From Clostridiales bacterium (GTDB lineage: Bacteria; Bacillota; Clostridia; Oscillospirales; Oscillospiraceae): 64,000 nt of DNA. This document shows, piece after piece, positions 1 to 9,694 of this stretch (position 1 is the first letter of the stretch; the number at the start of each line of letters is the position of its first letter). The position numbers and the translations under genes were made by a program. The notes below the pieces were generated by a model that was given only the letters and a program-made list of their open reading frames with translations, ran no database searches and was not told where the DNA came from. The stretch covers positions 1,215,080-1,279,079 of the forward strand of contig CP107216.1 of assembly GCA_025757645.1 (NCBI GenBank). Direction: 5' to 3'.

Positions 1-2148
1 GGCAAGCCCGTTGTGGCGACGTGCGACGTGCATTTTCTCGATCCCGAGCAGGAGATCTTCCGCCGCATCCTGCTGGCGGCCAAGAAATTCTCCGACGCGG
101 ACAAGGCCATGCCGCTCTATTACCGCACGACGGTGGAGATGCTCGACGAATTTGCCTACCTCGGCCCCGAAAAGGCGCAGGAGGTCGTCGTCACGAACAC
201 GAACGCCATTGCCGACAGCGTCGAGGTGTTCGAGCTCCTGCCGAAGGATCTCTACCCGCCGAAGATCGAAAACTCAGCCCAGCAGCTCAAAGACCTGGTC
301 TATGGCAAGATGACGGCCATCTACGGCGAAAACCCGCCGAAGCTCATCACCGACCGCGTCGAGACCGAGCTGCACGACATTCTCTCGCGCGGGTATGACG
401 TCATTTACATGAGCGCACAGAAACTTGTCGCCAACTCCCTCGAGCATGGCTATCTGGTCGGCAGCCGAGGCAGCGTCGGCTCGTCGCTCGTGGCGTATTT
501 CTCCGGCATCACGGAGGTCAACTCGCTCCCGCCGCACTATGTCTGCCCGCAGTGCAAGTATACGGACTTTGACTCCGGCGCGGGCTTCGGCTGCGGCGCG
601 GATATGCCGGACAAGGTGTGCCCCAGGTGCGGGGCGAAGCTGCGCAAGGACGGTTTCGACATCCCGTTTGAGACGTTCCTCGGCTTCGGCGGCGACAAGG
701 TGCCCGATATCGACCTGAACTTCTCGGGCGAATATCAGGCCAAGGCGCATAAATACACCGAAGAGCTCTTCGGCTCGGATCACGTGTTCCGCGCCGGCAC
801 GATCGGCACGCTGGCGGAAAAGACGGCCTACGGCTATGTCCTCAAGTACCTCGAGGAGCGCGGCAAGACCCTGCCGAAGGCGGAGATGAACCGCCTCGCG
901 CTCGGCTGCGTCGGCGTCAAGCGCACGACCGGCCAGCACCCCGGCGGCCTCGTCGTCATCCCGCAGGACAAGGACGTCACGGATTTCTGCCCCGTGCAGC
1001 ACCCGGCCGATGATCCGAACAGCGACATCATCACCACCCATTTTGAATACCACTGCATGGAGGCGAACCTCCTCAAGCTCGACGAGCTCGGCCACGATGA
1101 CCCGACCATGATCCGCATGCTTGAGGACATGACCGGCGTCAACGCGCGCGAGATCCCGCTCGACGATCCGGACACCATGGGCATCTTCTGCAGCGCGGCG
1201 CCGCTCGGCCTGACGGACGACGACCCGATTGTCGGCAAGACTGGCACGATTGGCATCCCGGAGTTCGGCACGGGCTTCACGCGCCAGATGCTCGTCGACA
1301 CGCAGCCGAAGGGCTTTGACATCCTCGTGCGTCTGTCCGGGTTCTCGCATGGCACGGACGTGTGGCTCGGCAATGCGAAGGATCTCATCATGTCCGGCAC
1401 GGCGACGGTCAACCAGACGGTCGGCTGCCGCGACGATATCATGCTCTACCTCATCAGCCGCGGTATGGACGCCAAGCTCTCGTTCAAGATCATGGAGAGC
1501 GTCCGCAAGGGCAAGGTCAAGCGCGGCGGCTTCCAGGACGGCTGGGTCGAGACGATGCAGGAGCACGGTGTGCCGGAGTGGTACATCACGTCCCTGAGCA
1601 AGATCGCCTACCTGTTCCCGAAGGCGCACGCGGTGGCCTACGTCATGATGGCGTTTCGCATCGCGTGGTTCAAGGTGCACGAGCCGCTGGCGTTTTACAG
1701 CGCATATTTCTATCGCCGCAGCCAGAAGGATTCGTTCGACGCCGACATGATGACGCGCGGCCTCGATTACACCCGCCGCAAGATCAACGAGCTGCGCAAC
1801 AAGCCCACGCTCACGGCCAAGGAGGAGGACCTGCTCGTGACGCTGGAGGCCGTGTACGAATTCAACCTCCGCGGCTTTGAGTTCGCGCCCATGAGCCTCT
1901 ATGAGAGCGACGCGACGAAGTTCCTCATCCGCGACGGGAAGCTCCTGCCGCCGTTCGTGGCCATCTCCGGTCTCGGTGAGAGCGCGGCGTGGAATCTCGT
2001 GGCCTGCCGTGCCGACGGGCGAGAGTTCGTGTCGGTCGAGGAGCTCTCGGCTGCCTGCCCGAAGGTCAGCCAGACGCACCTGGAGCAGCTGCGCGCCATG
2101 GGCGCGCTCGGCGAGATGCCGGACAGCAGCCAGATGAGTCTGTTTTAA
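1..2148 (+). CDS. polC: DNA polymerase III alpha subunit, PolC type, C-terminal ~715 aa (5' end is outside the window)
   Basis: The frame-1 ORF is open to the window edge. Motifs PDIDLNFSGEYQ, GQHPGGLVVIP and HFEYHCMEANLLKLDELGHDDPT are typical of the Gram-positive PolC polymerase core. Confidence 0.9.
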   Translation, partial: GKPVVATCDVHFLDPEQEIFRRILLAAKKFSDADKAMPLYYRTTVEMLDEFAYLGPEKAQEVVVTNTNAIADSVEVFELLPKDLYPPKIENSAQQLKDLVYGKMTAIYGENPPKLITDRVETELHDILSRGYDVIYMSAQKLVANSLEHGYLVGSRGSVGSSLVAYFSGITEVNSLPPHYVCPQCKYTDFDSGAGFGCGADMPDKVCPRCGAKLRKDGFDIPFETFLGFGGDKVPDIDLNFSGEYQAKAHKYTEELFGSDHVFRAGTIGTLAEKTAYGYVLKYLEERGKTLPKAEMNRLALGCVGVKRTTGQHPGGLVVIPQDKDVTDFCPVQHPADDPNSDIITTHFEYHCMEANLLKLDELGHDDPTMIRMLEDMTGVNAREIPLDDPDTMGIFCSAAPLGLTDDDPIVGKTGTIGIPEFGTGFTRQMLVDTQPKGFDILVRLSGFSHGTDVWLGNAKDLIMSGTATVNQTVGCRDDIMLYLISRGMDAKLSFKIMESVRKGKVKRGGFQDGWVETMQEHGVPEWYITSLSKIAYLFPKAHAVAYVMMAFRIAWFKVHEPLAFYSAYFYRRSQKDSFDADMMTRGLDYTRRKINELRNKPTLTAKEEDLLVTLEAVYEFNLRGFEFAPMSLYESDATKFLIRDGKLLPPFVAISGLGESAAWNLVACRADGREFVSVEELSAACPKVSQTHLEQLRAMGALGEMPDSSQMSLF

Positions 2149-2174
2149 ATTCGTCATTTTTTTGCAACTTTTGT

Positions 2175-2203
2175 TTGCATCATGCGCAAATCCCTGATAT
2201 GAT
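2175..2203 (+). promoter_or_regulatory. Putative promoter of the 961-aa SLH protein gene
   Basis: TTGCAT-17-TATGAT. Confidence 0.45.
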
Positions 2204-2253
2204 AAAACCGTATCCCTGTACGATTCGGCACGACCGAAAGAGGAGGTAATGCA

Positions 2254-5139
2254 ATGAAACGTTTCCTGGCGCTGCTGCTGACGCTGGTCATGCTCGTGTC
2301 CGTCTGCGGCCTGCAGGCGTTCGCCGCTGACGGTGACACGCCTGCGGACACCGGCGACGAGCTGGTCGTCTACACGCGCTCCGGCGCAACGCGGACATTT
2401 CATGTCGGCGATACTTTTTCGTATACCTACTGGTTCCGGCTGACATCCGGCTCCGTCAACGAGATTACGGGCCATGTGCTGTATGACAGCCAGTGCCTGT
2501 CGGTCAATGCCGACGGCTGCAAGTTCCCGAACATGACCTCGCCCTCGACGAAAAACAACGCGGGCGACTTTGAGTTCCACGATACGTTCACGACATCGCA
2601 GGGCGGCGAGTTTGCCACCACGTCGCCGCAGACCATGGCGAACATTTCGTTCACCGTCACGCGCGGCGGTACGGCGTACCTGACGACGCTGCTCGAGGAA
2701 CTGGAGATCCGCAAGTCCAACGGCGACAAGTCGCAGCTCGTCACGAATTTCAAGAACAAGAGCTGGTCGCCGACGATGTACTCCACGTTCGACTACCTGC
2801 AGGATGAAAAGCCGTCGCTGGCCTCCACGCCGCTGAGCGCCTCGTCCGACGTCGCGTGGTTCTATGCCGTCGACGCGGAGACCGGCGCGCCGATCCCGGC
2901 CGGTGTGACGTTTGAACTCACCGGCACGTCCGACAACGGCAAGCACATCGAGCGCACGGCCGTGTCCGACGCCTATGGCTTCGTCGGTTTCGGCACGGTG
3001 CCGTATGGCAAATCGTATTACATCCAGACGCGCACGGCGTCCGACGCTTCGGTGGCGTATATCATTAAGGACGGCGCGCGCATTTTGCCCGACGTGGAAA
3101 ACGGCAAGCTGCGGCTCGATCACACGCTGCACTACAAAACGGCCGACCCGAGCGAGCTGCGCTCGATCACGGTCACGTTCGAGTGGACGAACGAGCAGAT
3201 CGCACCCGATGAGGTCTATACCAAGGACCGGCCGACGAGCGTGTACATGGAGCTGAGCCGCAACAACGATGCCGTGGTCGTGGCGCACCATTCGTCCGAT
3301 CCCGAGGACGGACAGGCCGTCTTTGACAACCTGCCCATCCACGATGATTACGGCAACGAGATCACCTATGTCCTGACGACAACGACGCTGCAGCATTACG
3401 ATGCGCAGATCACGCGCACGGATACGGGCTTCCATATCAATTTCGCCTATCTCAATGACCATAACTGGGAGACGACCCGCACCGAACCCACCTGCACGGT
3501 GGATGGCTCCATTGTCTCTGTGTGCAAGGACTGCGGCGCGACCGACCGGGTCGTGCTGCCCATGACCGGCCACAAGCTGGTTTCTTCCGGGCACGATGCC
3601 ACCTGCACGCAGGACGGTTATCAGCGCTACATGTGCACGCAGTGCGACTATTGGTATGAGAAAAAGACCCCGGCGCTCGGCCACGACTGGAGCGACTGGG
3701 ATGTCCTTCTGGAAGCCGGCAGCAAACGGGATGGTATCAAGCAGCGCACATGCATGCGCTGCGGTGAGGTGGAGACGTATGCCATCCCGAGCGACCACCA
3801 CGAGCACACCATGAAAAAGCACGTCGTCCAGCCGACCTGCACTGAGCAGGGCTACACGGAGTACCGCTGCATCAACAAGGCGGGTCTGCCGTGCGGCGAG
3901 CACTACATCGTCGAGGGCAGCCGCACGCCGGCGCTCGGCCATGACTACAGCGGCGACAGCGGCATCCGCACGATCGTCGAGCCGACCTGCACCACGAGCG
4001 GCCTGAAGGAATATAACTGCTCCCGCTGCGGCGACACCTATACGGAGATTATCGATCCGCTGCGGCACAATTACGAGCTCAAGCCGGAAAAAAGCAGAGA
4101 AGCAGACTGCACGCAGCCGGGCACGGAGTATTATGTCTGCGGCCGGTGCGGGGATGTGCATCTGGTGCGCATCCCGGCAAAGGGCCACGACTGGGGCGAC
4201 TGGATTGTGGACAAGCAGGCCACGGACCAGACCGACGGCGCGCAGCACCGCATCTGCAAGGTCTGCGGCGAGCGGCAGGATGCCGCGATCCAGAAGCTGG
4301 ATCATGTGCACAACCACATTCCCACGGTCATAGATCCGACCTGTGAGCAGCAGGGCTACACGCGCTACACCTGCGCCTGCGGCGATACGTATATTGAAGA
4401 GAGCAGCTATGTGCCCGCGCTCGGCCACGCATGGGCTGAGACTGCACGGCAGGAGCCGACCAGCAAGACCGTCGGCGTGATCACCTACACCTGCCAGCGC
4501 TGTGCCAAGCTGCGCTATGAATTCCTCCCCAAGACCGAACCGGTCGAGACATGGAAAAATCCCTACCGCGACGTGCGCAGCACCGCGTGGTACTATGAGG
4601 ACGTGGCCTATGTCACGCAGAACAAGCTCATGGTCGGCACCTCAACGATGATGTTCTCGCCCAATGCCGTGATGAGCCGCGCCATGCTTGTCACGGTGCT
4701 CTACCGGATGAACGGCTCGCCGAGCGTGGCGGGCATGACCGCACCGTTCACGGATGTGCCGTCCGGTCAGTGGTACACGGACGCCGTCATCTGGGCGTAT
4801 AACTGCGGCGTCGTCGACGGCACGAGCCCGACGCAATTTGCCCCCGCACAAAACGTCACGCGCGAGCAGATGACGAAAATGTTCTACGGCTATGCCGAAT
4901 TCATGGATTACAACACCATGGCGGTCGCCGACCTGAGCGCGTTTGCGGACGGCGGGAGCGTTTCGTCCTGGGCGCAGACCATGATGGGCTGGGCCGTTGC
5001 CAACTCACTTATTAAAGGTGTGCAGGATGAAAACGCGACGTATCTGCGCCCGCAGGGCGTTGCCACGCGCGCCGAGGCGGCAGCGATCCTGCACCGCTTT
5101 GACCAGTGGCGCGTCAATGCCGTCGTCACGGGAAAATAA
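2254..5139 (+). CDS. Large secreted, SLH-anchored cell-surface protein. Domains in order: cohesin/Ig-like N-domain, SpaA-like and Cna-B-like folds, six Cys-rich modules, C-terminal SLH repeats.
   Basis: SD GAGGAGG lies upstream and the signal peptide is MKRFLALLLTLVMLVSVCGLQAFA. A Cna-B-like stretch reads ITVTFEWTNE...ITYVLTTTT. The module xPTCTxxGxxxYxCxxCG...ALGHxW is repeated. The C-terminus has SLH-type repeats (WYYEDVAYVTQNKLMVG..., WYTDAVIWAYNCGVVDG..., SWAQTMMGWAVANSLIKG...). Confidence 0.8.
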   Translation: MKRFLALLLTLVMLVSVCGLQAFAADGDTPADTGDELVVYTRSGATRTFHVGDTFSYTYWFRLTSGSVNEITGHVLYDSQCLSVNADGCKFPNMTSPSTKNNAGDFEFHDTFTTSQGGEFATTSPQTMANISFTVTRGGTAYLTTLLEELEIRKSNGDKSQLVTNFKNKSWSPTMYSTFDYLQDEKPSLASTPLSASSDVAWFYAVDAETGAPIPAGVTFELTGTSDNGKHIERTAVSDAYGFVGFGTVPYGKSYYIQTRTASDASVAYIIKDGARILPDVENGKLRLDHTLHYKTADPSELRSITVTFEWTNEQIAPDEVYTKDRPTSVYMELSRNNDAVVVAHHSSDPEDGQAVFDNLPIHDDYGNEITYVLTTTTLQHYDAQITRTDTGFHINFAYLNDHNWETTRTEPTCTVDGSIVSVCKDCGATDRVVLPMTGHKLVSSGHDATCTQDGYQRYMCTQCDYWYEKKTPALGHDWSDWDVLLEAGSKRDGIKQRTCMRCGEVETYAIPSDHHEHTMKKHVVQPTCTEQGYTEYRCINKAGLPCGEHYIVEGSRTPALGHDYSGDSGIRTIVEPTCTTSGLKEYNCSRCGDTYTEIIDPLRHNYELKPEKSREADCTQPGTEYYVCGRCGDVHLVRIPAKGHDWGDWIVDKQATDQTDGAQHRICKVCGERQDAAIQKLDHVHNHIPTVIDPTCEQQGYTRYTCACGDTYIEESSYVPALGHAWAETARQEPTSKTVGVITYTCQRCAKLRYEFLPKTEPVETWKNPYRDVRSTAWYYEDVAYVTQNKLMVGTSTMMFSPNAVMSRAMLVTVLYRMNGSPSVAGMTAPFTDVPSGQWYTDAVIWAYNCGVVDGTSPTQFAPAQNVTREQMTKMFYGYAEFMDYNTMAVADLSAFADGGSVSSWAQTMMGWAVANSLIKGVQDENATYLRPQGVATRAEAAAILHRFDQWRVNAVVTGK

Positions 5140-5158
5140 AACAGGAGGAGATCATACC

Positions 5159-5770
5159 ATGGCCAATCTTGTCATTACAATCGGAAGAGAGAACGGCAGC
5201 GGTGGCCGCCAGCTCGGCAGCGAACTGGCAGCGGCGTTGGATGTCAAGTGCTATGACTCGGAACTCATCAACGAGACGGCGAAAGCGAGCGGCTTTGCCA
5301 AGAGCTTTGTCGAGACGCATGAGGAGCACCGTCCGGGCAGCTTCCTGTATTCGCTCGTGACGGGCGGCGGTGTTGTCGCCGACGAGCAGCCGTTCCCGGT
5401 GCAGATCTTTCAGGCGCAGTCGGAGGTCATCCGCACGATCGCCGCGCGCGAGCCGTGCGTCATCGTCGGCCGCTGCGCGGACTATGTCCTGCGCGACGAT
5501 CCGAACGTTGCGCTCGTGAACCTGTTTGTGCACGCGCCGCTGGCTGCCCGCATCCGCCGCGAGAGTGCACGCACGAACACCACGCCCGCGGAAGCGGAAA
5601 AGCGCATCCGCCAGGTGGATAAGGAGCGCGCGGCGTACTATAACTTCTTCTCCTCCAAGCGCTGGGGCGATGCGCAGGCCTATGACCTGTGCGTCAATAC
5701 CGACGGGCTGGAGATCAGCGACGTTGCCAAGCTCGTGCTCCGCTATCTGGAGCTGCGCGGTCTGCGCTGA
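5159..5770 (+). CDS. Cytidylate kinase-like family protein
   Basis: ATG 5159 follows SD AGGAGGA. The N-terminus ITIGRENGSGGRQLG is P-loop-like. Size and sequence are typical of the clostridial 'cytidylate kinase-like' family. The longer ORF from 4997 overlaps the upstream gene and lacks an SD. Confidence 0.65.
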   Translation: MANLVITIGRENGSGGRQLGSELAAALDVKCYDSELINETAKASGFAKSFVETHEEHRPGSFLYSLVTGGGVVADEQPFPVQIFQAQSEVIRTIAAREPCVIVGRCADYVLRDDPNVALVNLFVHAPLAARIRRESARTNTTPAEAEKRIRQVDKERAAYYNFFSSKRWGDAQAYDLCVNTDGLEISDVAKLVLRYLELRGLR

Positions 5771-5794
5771 ATCAGCGGAATCATGATATAAGGA

Positions 5795-5828
5795 AAACCC
5801 GGCAGACGCTCAGGCGTCTGCCGGGTTT
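5795..5828. terminator. Bidirectional stem-loop between the kinase-like gene and the GIY-YIG gene
   Basis: AAACCCGGCAGACGC-tcag-GCGTCTGCCGGGTTT. Confidence 0.6.
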
Positions 5829-6175
5829 GTCATGTCGGGGAGATGGTCTGCGAGCTTTGCGTCCGGCACCGGCCGGATATCCGCCCCGGCCAGAGCGGGG
5901 CAGAGGTCGGGCAGGCACGCCGGATCTGCGATGAGCGCATCTTTCTGCGCGCGCGTCAGGCGCTTGATGCGCGCCTCGAGCTGCCGGGCGGTCGTGGCGG
6001 TGTCGGTCGTCAGCAGCAGCGCCAGCGCCGTGACCGGATGGCTGCGCGTGTACTTCGCGCAGCCGGGCAGACGCGCGACGTGCTGCCGCAGGCGGCGCGC
6101 AATGTCCGGCGTCATGCCCGTGTAGAGCGAGCCGTCTGCGCAGCGCAGAAGATAGACATAGTGGCGCTTATCCAT
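5810..6175 (-). CDS. GIY-YIG nuclease family protein (small, stand-alone)
   Basis: HYVYLLRCADGSLYTGMTPDIARRLRQH matches the GIY-YIG motif pattern. The start is taken at MDKRHYVY (ATG 6175). Confidence 0.7.
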   Translation of the reverse strand: MDKRHYVYLLRCADGSLYTGMTPDIARRLRQHVARLPGCAKYTRSHPVTALALLLTTDTATTARQLEARIKRLTRAQKDALIADPACLPDLCPALAGADIRPVPDAKLADHLPDMTNPADA

Positions 6176-6286
6176 GAAAAAGTCCCCGTTTCCCGTGTAA
6201 AATGCGTGAAAAGAGCATAGCACAAAACTGTCAATTTTTCAAACGCGCGCCTCTGCCGCATTGTGCAAAAGCGCGAATTCGGCTGC

Positions 6287-6353
6287 AAATATTCATTGAT
6301 TCTCTGAATATTCGCGCGTTTTGTGAATATTCAAGGGAGAAATCCGAATATTC
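6287..6353. repeat. Array of four 8-10 bp palindromes (T)GAATATTC(A), a probable operator array
   Basis: Copies lie at 6287-6294 (AAATATTC), 6306-6313, 6325-6332 (perfect TGAATATTCA at 6324-6333) and 6346-6353. Spacing is 19, 19 and 21 bp. The array ends 15 bp upstream of the -35 box. Confidence 0.6.
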
Positions 6354-6367
6354 ATGCACGAAAATGC

Positions 6368-6396
6368 TTGACAGCCTCACGCTCGCGTGCTATCAT
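6368..6396 (+). promoter_or_regulatory. Putative promoter of the amino-acid ABC transporter operon
   Basis: TTGACA-17-TATCAT. Confidence 0.6.
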
Positions 6397-6457
6397 ACGA
6401 CCATACCAAACGGGGCGCGAGCCCCAATCTATTTTGTTTGAGGAAGAGGCTAATAAA

Positions 6458-7246
6458 ATGAAGAAATTTGTTGCACTGCTTCTGGCAGTCCTCATGGTCG
6501 CATCTCTGTGCGCCTGTGGCCAGAAGGATACCCAGACGGGTTCGGACATCAAGACCGTGACCGCCGGCAAGCTCACCATGTCCACCAACGCGCAGTTCCC
6601 GCCGTACGAGTCCGTTGCGGACGACGGCAAGGGCTACGAGGGCACCGGCTTTGAAGGCATCGACATCGAGATCGCTTACGCTCTGGCGCAGAAGCTGGGC
6701 CTGGAGCTGGTCGTCGACGATATGGACTTTGACTCCGCTCTGAGCGCTGTCCAGACCGGCAAGAGCGACATCGTTGCCGCCGGCGTGACCGTCACGCCCG
6801 AGCGTCAGAACACCATGAGCTTCACCGACAGCTACGCCAACGGCGTTCAGGTCGTCATCGTGAAGGAAGGCTCCGATATCAAGAGCATTGATGATCTCGA
6901 AGGCAAGCAGATCGGCACCCAGCGCGGCACCACCGGTTATAGCTATTGCATCGATGATTACGGCGAGGACAGCGTGGTTCCCTTTGATGACGGCGCGACC
7001 GCCGTGCAGAACCTGCTCGCCGGTAAGGTCGACTGCGTCGTGATCGACAAAGCGCCGGCTCAGGAGTACGTCAAGGCGAACGCCGGTCTGACCATTCTGG
7101 ACACCGAGTACGCCAACGAGGATTACGCCATCGGCATGGCTAAGGACAACACCGCGCTGCAGGAAGCCCTGAACAAGGCGCTGGCCGAGCTCAAGGCGGA
7201 CGGCACCATCCAGTCCATCATCGACAAGTATATTTCCGCGAAGTAA
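6458..7246 (+). CDS. Polar amino-acid ABC transporter substrate-binding lipoprotein
   Basis: Lipoprotein signal MKKFVALLLAVLMVASLCACG. The body is type-3 SBP-like (KLTMSTNAQFPPYE, DIVAAGVTVTPER). It is followed by permease and ATPase genes. Confidence 0.85.
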   Translation: MKKFVALLLAVLMVASLCACGQKDTQTGSDIKTVTAGKLTMSTNAQFPPYESVADDGKGYEGTGFEGIDIEIAYALAQKLGLELVVDDMDFDSALSAVQTGKSDIVAAGVTVTPERQNTMSFTDSYANGVQVVIVKEGSDIKSIDDLEGKQIGTQRGTTGYSYCIDDYGEDSVVPFDDGATAVQNLLAGKVDCVVIDKAPAQEYVKANAGLTILDTEYANEDYAIGMAKDNTALQEALNKALAELKADGTIQSIIDKYISAK

Positions 7247-7270
7247 TCGCATCCAAAATGCAAACCACGT

Positions 7271-7295
7271 AAAGGGCGGCCAACTGCCGCCCTTT
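7271..7295 (+). other. Intercistronic stem-loop after the SBP gene (partial terminator or mRNA stabiliser)
   Basis: AAAGGGCGGC-caact-GCCGCCCTTT with no T-run. Confidence 0.5.
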
Positions 7296-7321
7296 GCGCG
7301 TAGAAAGAAAGAGGTATCTAC

Positions 7322-8098
7322 ATGGGTAATTGGGCGCAGCTTTACGCCGACCTGACGGCGCAGCTGCAGGCCGGGCAGGCCCTCGGCTTCTGGGACAACG
7401 CCTTCGTCGGCTTTTACCAGAGCTTTGTGGCCGCCGGACGCTGGAGACTGTATCTGAACGGCCTGCTCACCACGCTCGAAGCGACGATCCTGGCGCTGCT
7501 GCTGGGCGTCGTGCTCGGCGTCGTCGTCGCGGTCATCCGCACGGCGCACGACCAGCAGCGCGCCGGGCACAAGAATGTGATCCTCGGCGTGTTCAACGCC
7601 ATCTGCAAGATCTATACGACCATCATCCGCGGCACGCCGATGATGGTGCAGCTGCTGATCATGAGCCTCGTGATCTTCGCCAGCAGCCGCAACTATACCA
7701 TGATCGGCATTCTGGCCCTTGGCATCAACTCCGGCGCTTACGTCTCGGAGATCGTCCGCAGCGGCCTCATGTCGGTCGACCCCGGCCAGATGGAGGCCGG
7801 CCGCAGCCTGGGCATGAACTACTTCACGACCATGCGCTTCATCGTCATTCCGCAGGCGATCAAAAACATCCTGCCGGCCCTCGGCAACGAGTTCATCACC
7901 CTGCTCAAGGATACGTCCCTCATCACCGTCATCGGCGGCAAGGAGATGACCTATGCGGCCAAGGCGGTCATCGCCAAGACGTATCAGGGCCTGTTCCCGC
8001 TGTTCGGCATCGCGCTGATGTACCTGCTGCTGGTCATGCTGTTTTCCAAGCTGCTCGGTGTGCTTGAAAGGAGGCTGCGTCAAAGTGATCGACGTTAA
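7322..8098 (+). CDS. Amino-acid ABC transporter permease (His/Glu/Gln/Arg family)
   Basis: Multi-TM protein with the EAA-like loop [30 protein letters not shown] lies upstream. Confidence 0.85.
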   Translation: MGNWAQLYADLTAQLQAGQALGFWDNAFVGFYQSFVAAGRWRLYLNGLLTTLEATILALLLGVVLGVVVAVIRTAHDQQRAGHKNVILGVFNAICKIYTTIIRGTPMMVQLLIMSLVIFASSRNYTMIGILALGINSGAYVSEIVRSGLMSVDPGQMEAGRSLGMNYFTTMRFIVIPQAIKNILPALGNEFITLLKDTSLITVIGGKEMTYAAKAVIAKTYQGLFPLFGIALMYLLLVMLFSKLLGVLERRLRQSDRR

Positions 8099-8807
8099 AC
8101 ATCTGTCCAAATCGTTCGGCGACCACCTCGTGCTCGATGATATTTCCGAGCACGTCAGCCCCGGCGAAAACGTGGTCATCATCGGCCCCTCCGGCTCCGG
8201 CAAGTCGACGTTCCTGCGCTGCCTGAACCTGCTCGAGCAGCCGACGGCCGGTACCATCACCTTTGCCGGCACGGAGATCACCGACCCGAAGGTGAATATC
8301 GACGCCATGCGCCGCCAGATGGGCATGGTGTTCCAGCACTTCAACCTGTTTCCGAACATGACCGTGCGCAAGAATATCACGCTCGCGCCCGTGCAGACGA
8401 AGCTCATGTCGCAGGCGGAGGCGGATGCAGAGGCGGACAAGCTCCTTGCCCGCGTCGGCCTGGCCGACCGGGGCGACAGCTATCCGTCCGCACTCTCCGG
8501 CGGCCAGAAGCAGCGCATCGCCATCGTGCGTTCGCTCGCCATGCACCCGAAGGTCATGCTCTTTGACGAGCCGACGAGCGCGCTCGACCCCGAGATGGTC
8601 GGCGAAGTGCTCGATGTCATGAAGGAGCTGGCGCACGAGGGCATGACGATGGTCGTCGTCACGCACGAGATGGGCTTCGCCCGCGAGGTGGGCGACCGTG
8701 TCCTGTTCATGGCCGACGGCAAGATCGCCGAGTCCGGCACGCCGAAGGATATCTTTGAGCACCCGCAGTGCGCGCGCCTGCAGGACTTTTTGGCCAAGGT
8801 GCTGTAA
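8085..8807 (+). CDS. Amino-acid ABC transporter ATP-binding protein
   Basis: Walker [10 protein letters not shown], signature LSGGQKQR, Walker [15 protein letters not shown] 8085 follows SD AGGAGG and overlaps the permease stop. Confidence 0.9.
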   Translation: MIDVKHLSKSFGDHLVLDDISEHVSPGENVVIIGPSGSGKSTFLRCLNLLEQPTAGTITFAGTEITDPKVNIDAMRRQMGMVFQHFNLFPNMTVRKNITLAPVQTKLMSQAEADAEADKLLARVGLADRGDSYPSALSGGQKQRIAIVRSLAMHPKVMLFDEPTSALDPEMVGEVLDVMKELAHEGMTMVVVTHEMGFAREVGDRVLFMADGKIAESGTPKDIFEHPQCARLQDFLAKVL

Positions 8808-8819
8808 GTGACATTGCGA

Positions 8820-8848
8820 CCGCGCAGCCTGACCGGCTGCGCGGTTTT
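8820..8848 (+). terminator. Terminator after the ABC ATPase gene
   Basis: CCGCGCAGCC-loop-GGCTGCGCGG plus TTTT. Confidence 0.7.
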
Positions 8849-8866
8849 CTGCGGAAAGGAGCCAGA

Positions 8867-9688
8867 ATGCCGGAACTGACCTGTCCCGTCTGCGGCGGCG
8901 CGCTGCACCGGGAGGAGAGATCCCTGCGCTGCGGCGCAGGGCACTGTTACGATCTCGCGCGGCAGGGCTATGTGAATCTGCTGCGCACGAACCGATCCAA
9001 GGATAAGCGTCACGGCGACGATAAGCGCATGGTGGCCGCGCGCACCGCGTTTCTGGACGCGGGCTATTACGCGCCGCTGCGAGATGCCATCGCTGCCGCC
9101 GCGACGGAATACACCTCCGGAGATGCAGGCGTGCTCGATGCCGGCTGCGGCGAGGGATATTACACCGCCCACGTCCTGCACACGCTGCAGGCGCAGGGGG
9201 CAAGCCCCTCCGTGTGCGGCGTGGACATCTCGCGCGATGCGCTCATCTGCGCGCACCGCCGCGCGCCGGAGCTGACGCTGGCCGTGGCCAGCATCGCGCA
9301 CCTGCCGGTCGCGGATGCGAGCTGTGACCTCGTGCTCAATGTCTTCGCGCCGCACGACGCGGCTGAGTTTGCGCGCGTGCTGCGCCCCCAAGGGGTGCTG
9401 CTGCGTGTCATCCCGCTCGAGCGCCATCTCTGGGGGCTCAAGCGGGCGGTGTACGACCACCCGTATGAAAACACCGTTCCCGACCCGGCGCTGCCCGGCT
9501 TCGCGCTCGCAGAGCAGCGGACGCTGCGCGGCACGATCACCCTGCGCACGAACGCCGACATCGAGGCACTGTTTTGCATGACGCCGTATTACTATAAGAG
9601 CGGCGCGCGCGACCAGGCCAAGCTCCACGCGCTCGACACCCTGACCACGGAAACTGAATTTGCCCTCCTGATCTACCGGAAAGCATGA
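8867..9688 (+). CDS. 23S rRNA (guanine-N1)-methyltransferase RlmA-like SAM-dependent methyltransferase
   Basis: N-terminal Zn-ribbon CPVCGGAL...LRCGAGHCYD followed by QGYVNLL and the SAM-binding motif VLDAGCGEGYY. This is the RlmA/RrmA architecture. Confidence 0.7.
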   Translation: MPELTCPVCGGALHREERSLRCGAGHCYDLARQGYVNLLRTNRSKDKRHGDDKRMVAARTAFLDAGYYAPLRDAIAAAATEYTSGDAGVLDAGCGEGYYTAHVLHTLQAQGASPSVCGVDISRDALICAHRRAPELTLAVASIAHLPVADASCDLVLNVFAPHDAAEFARVLRPQGVLLRVIPLERHLWGLKRAVYDHPYENTVPDPALPGFALAEQRTLRGTITLRTNADIEALFCMTPYYYKSGARDQAKLHALDTLTTETEFALLIYRKA

Positions 9689-9694
9689 AAAACG

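Noticed and set aside
274-4428. 1384-aa minus-strand ORF
   Set aside because: It is antisense to polC and the SLH protein gene. The composition is junk-like (R/A/L/D/V), there is no SD and no recognisable motifs.
6202-6441. 79-aa ORF in the GIY-YIG / ABC transporter intergenic region
   Set aside because: It has no SD and contains the palindromic operator repeats and the promoter itself. The sequence has no protein-like features.
6377-9628. Minus-strand ORFs of 687, 389 and 382 aa over the ABC transporter and rlmA-like genes
   Set aside because: They are antisense to well-supported genes, carry no motifs and show GC-driven open frames.
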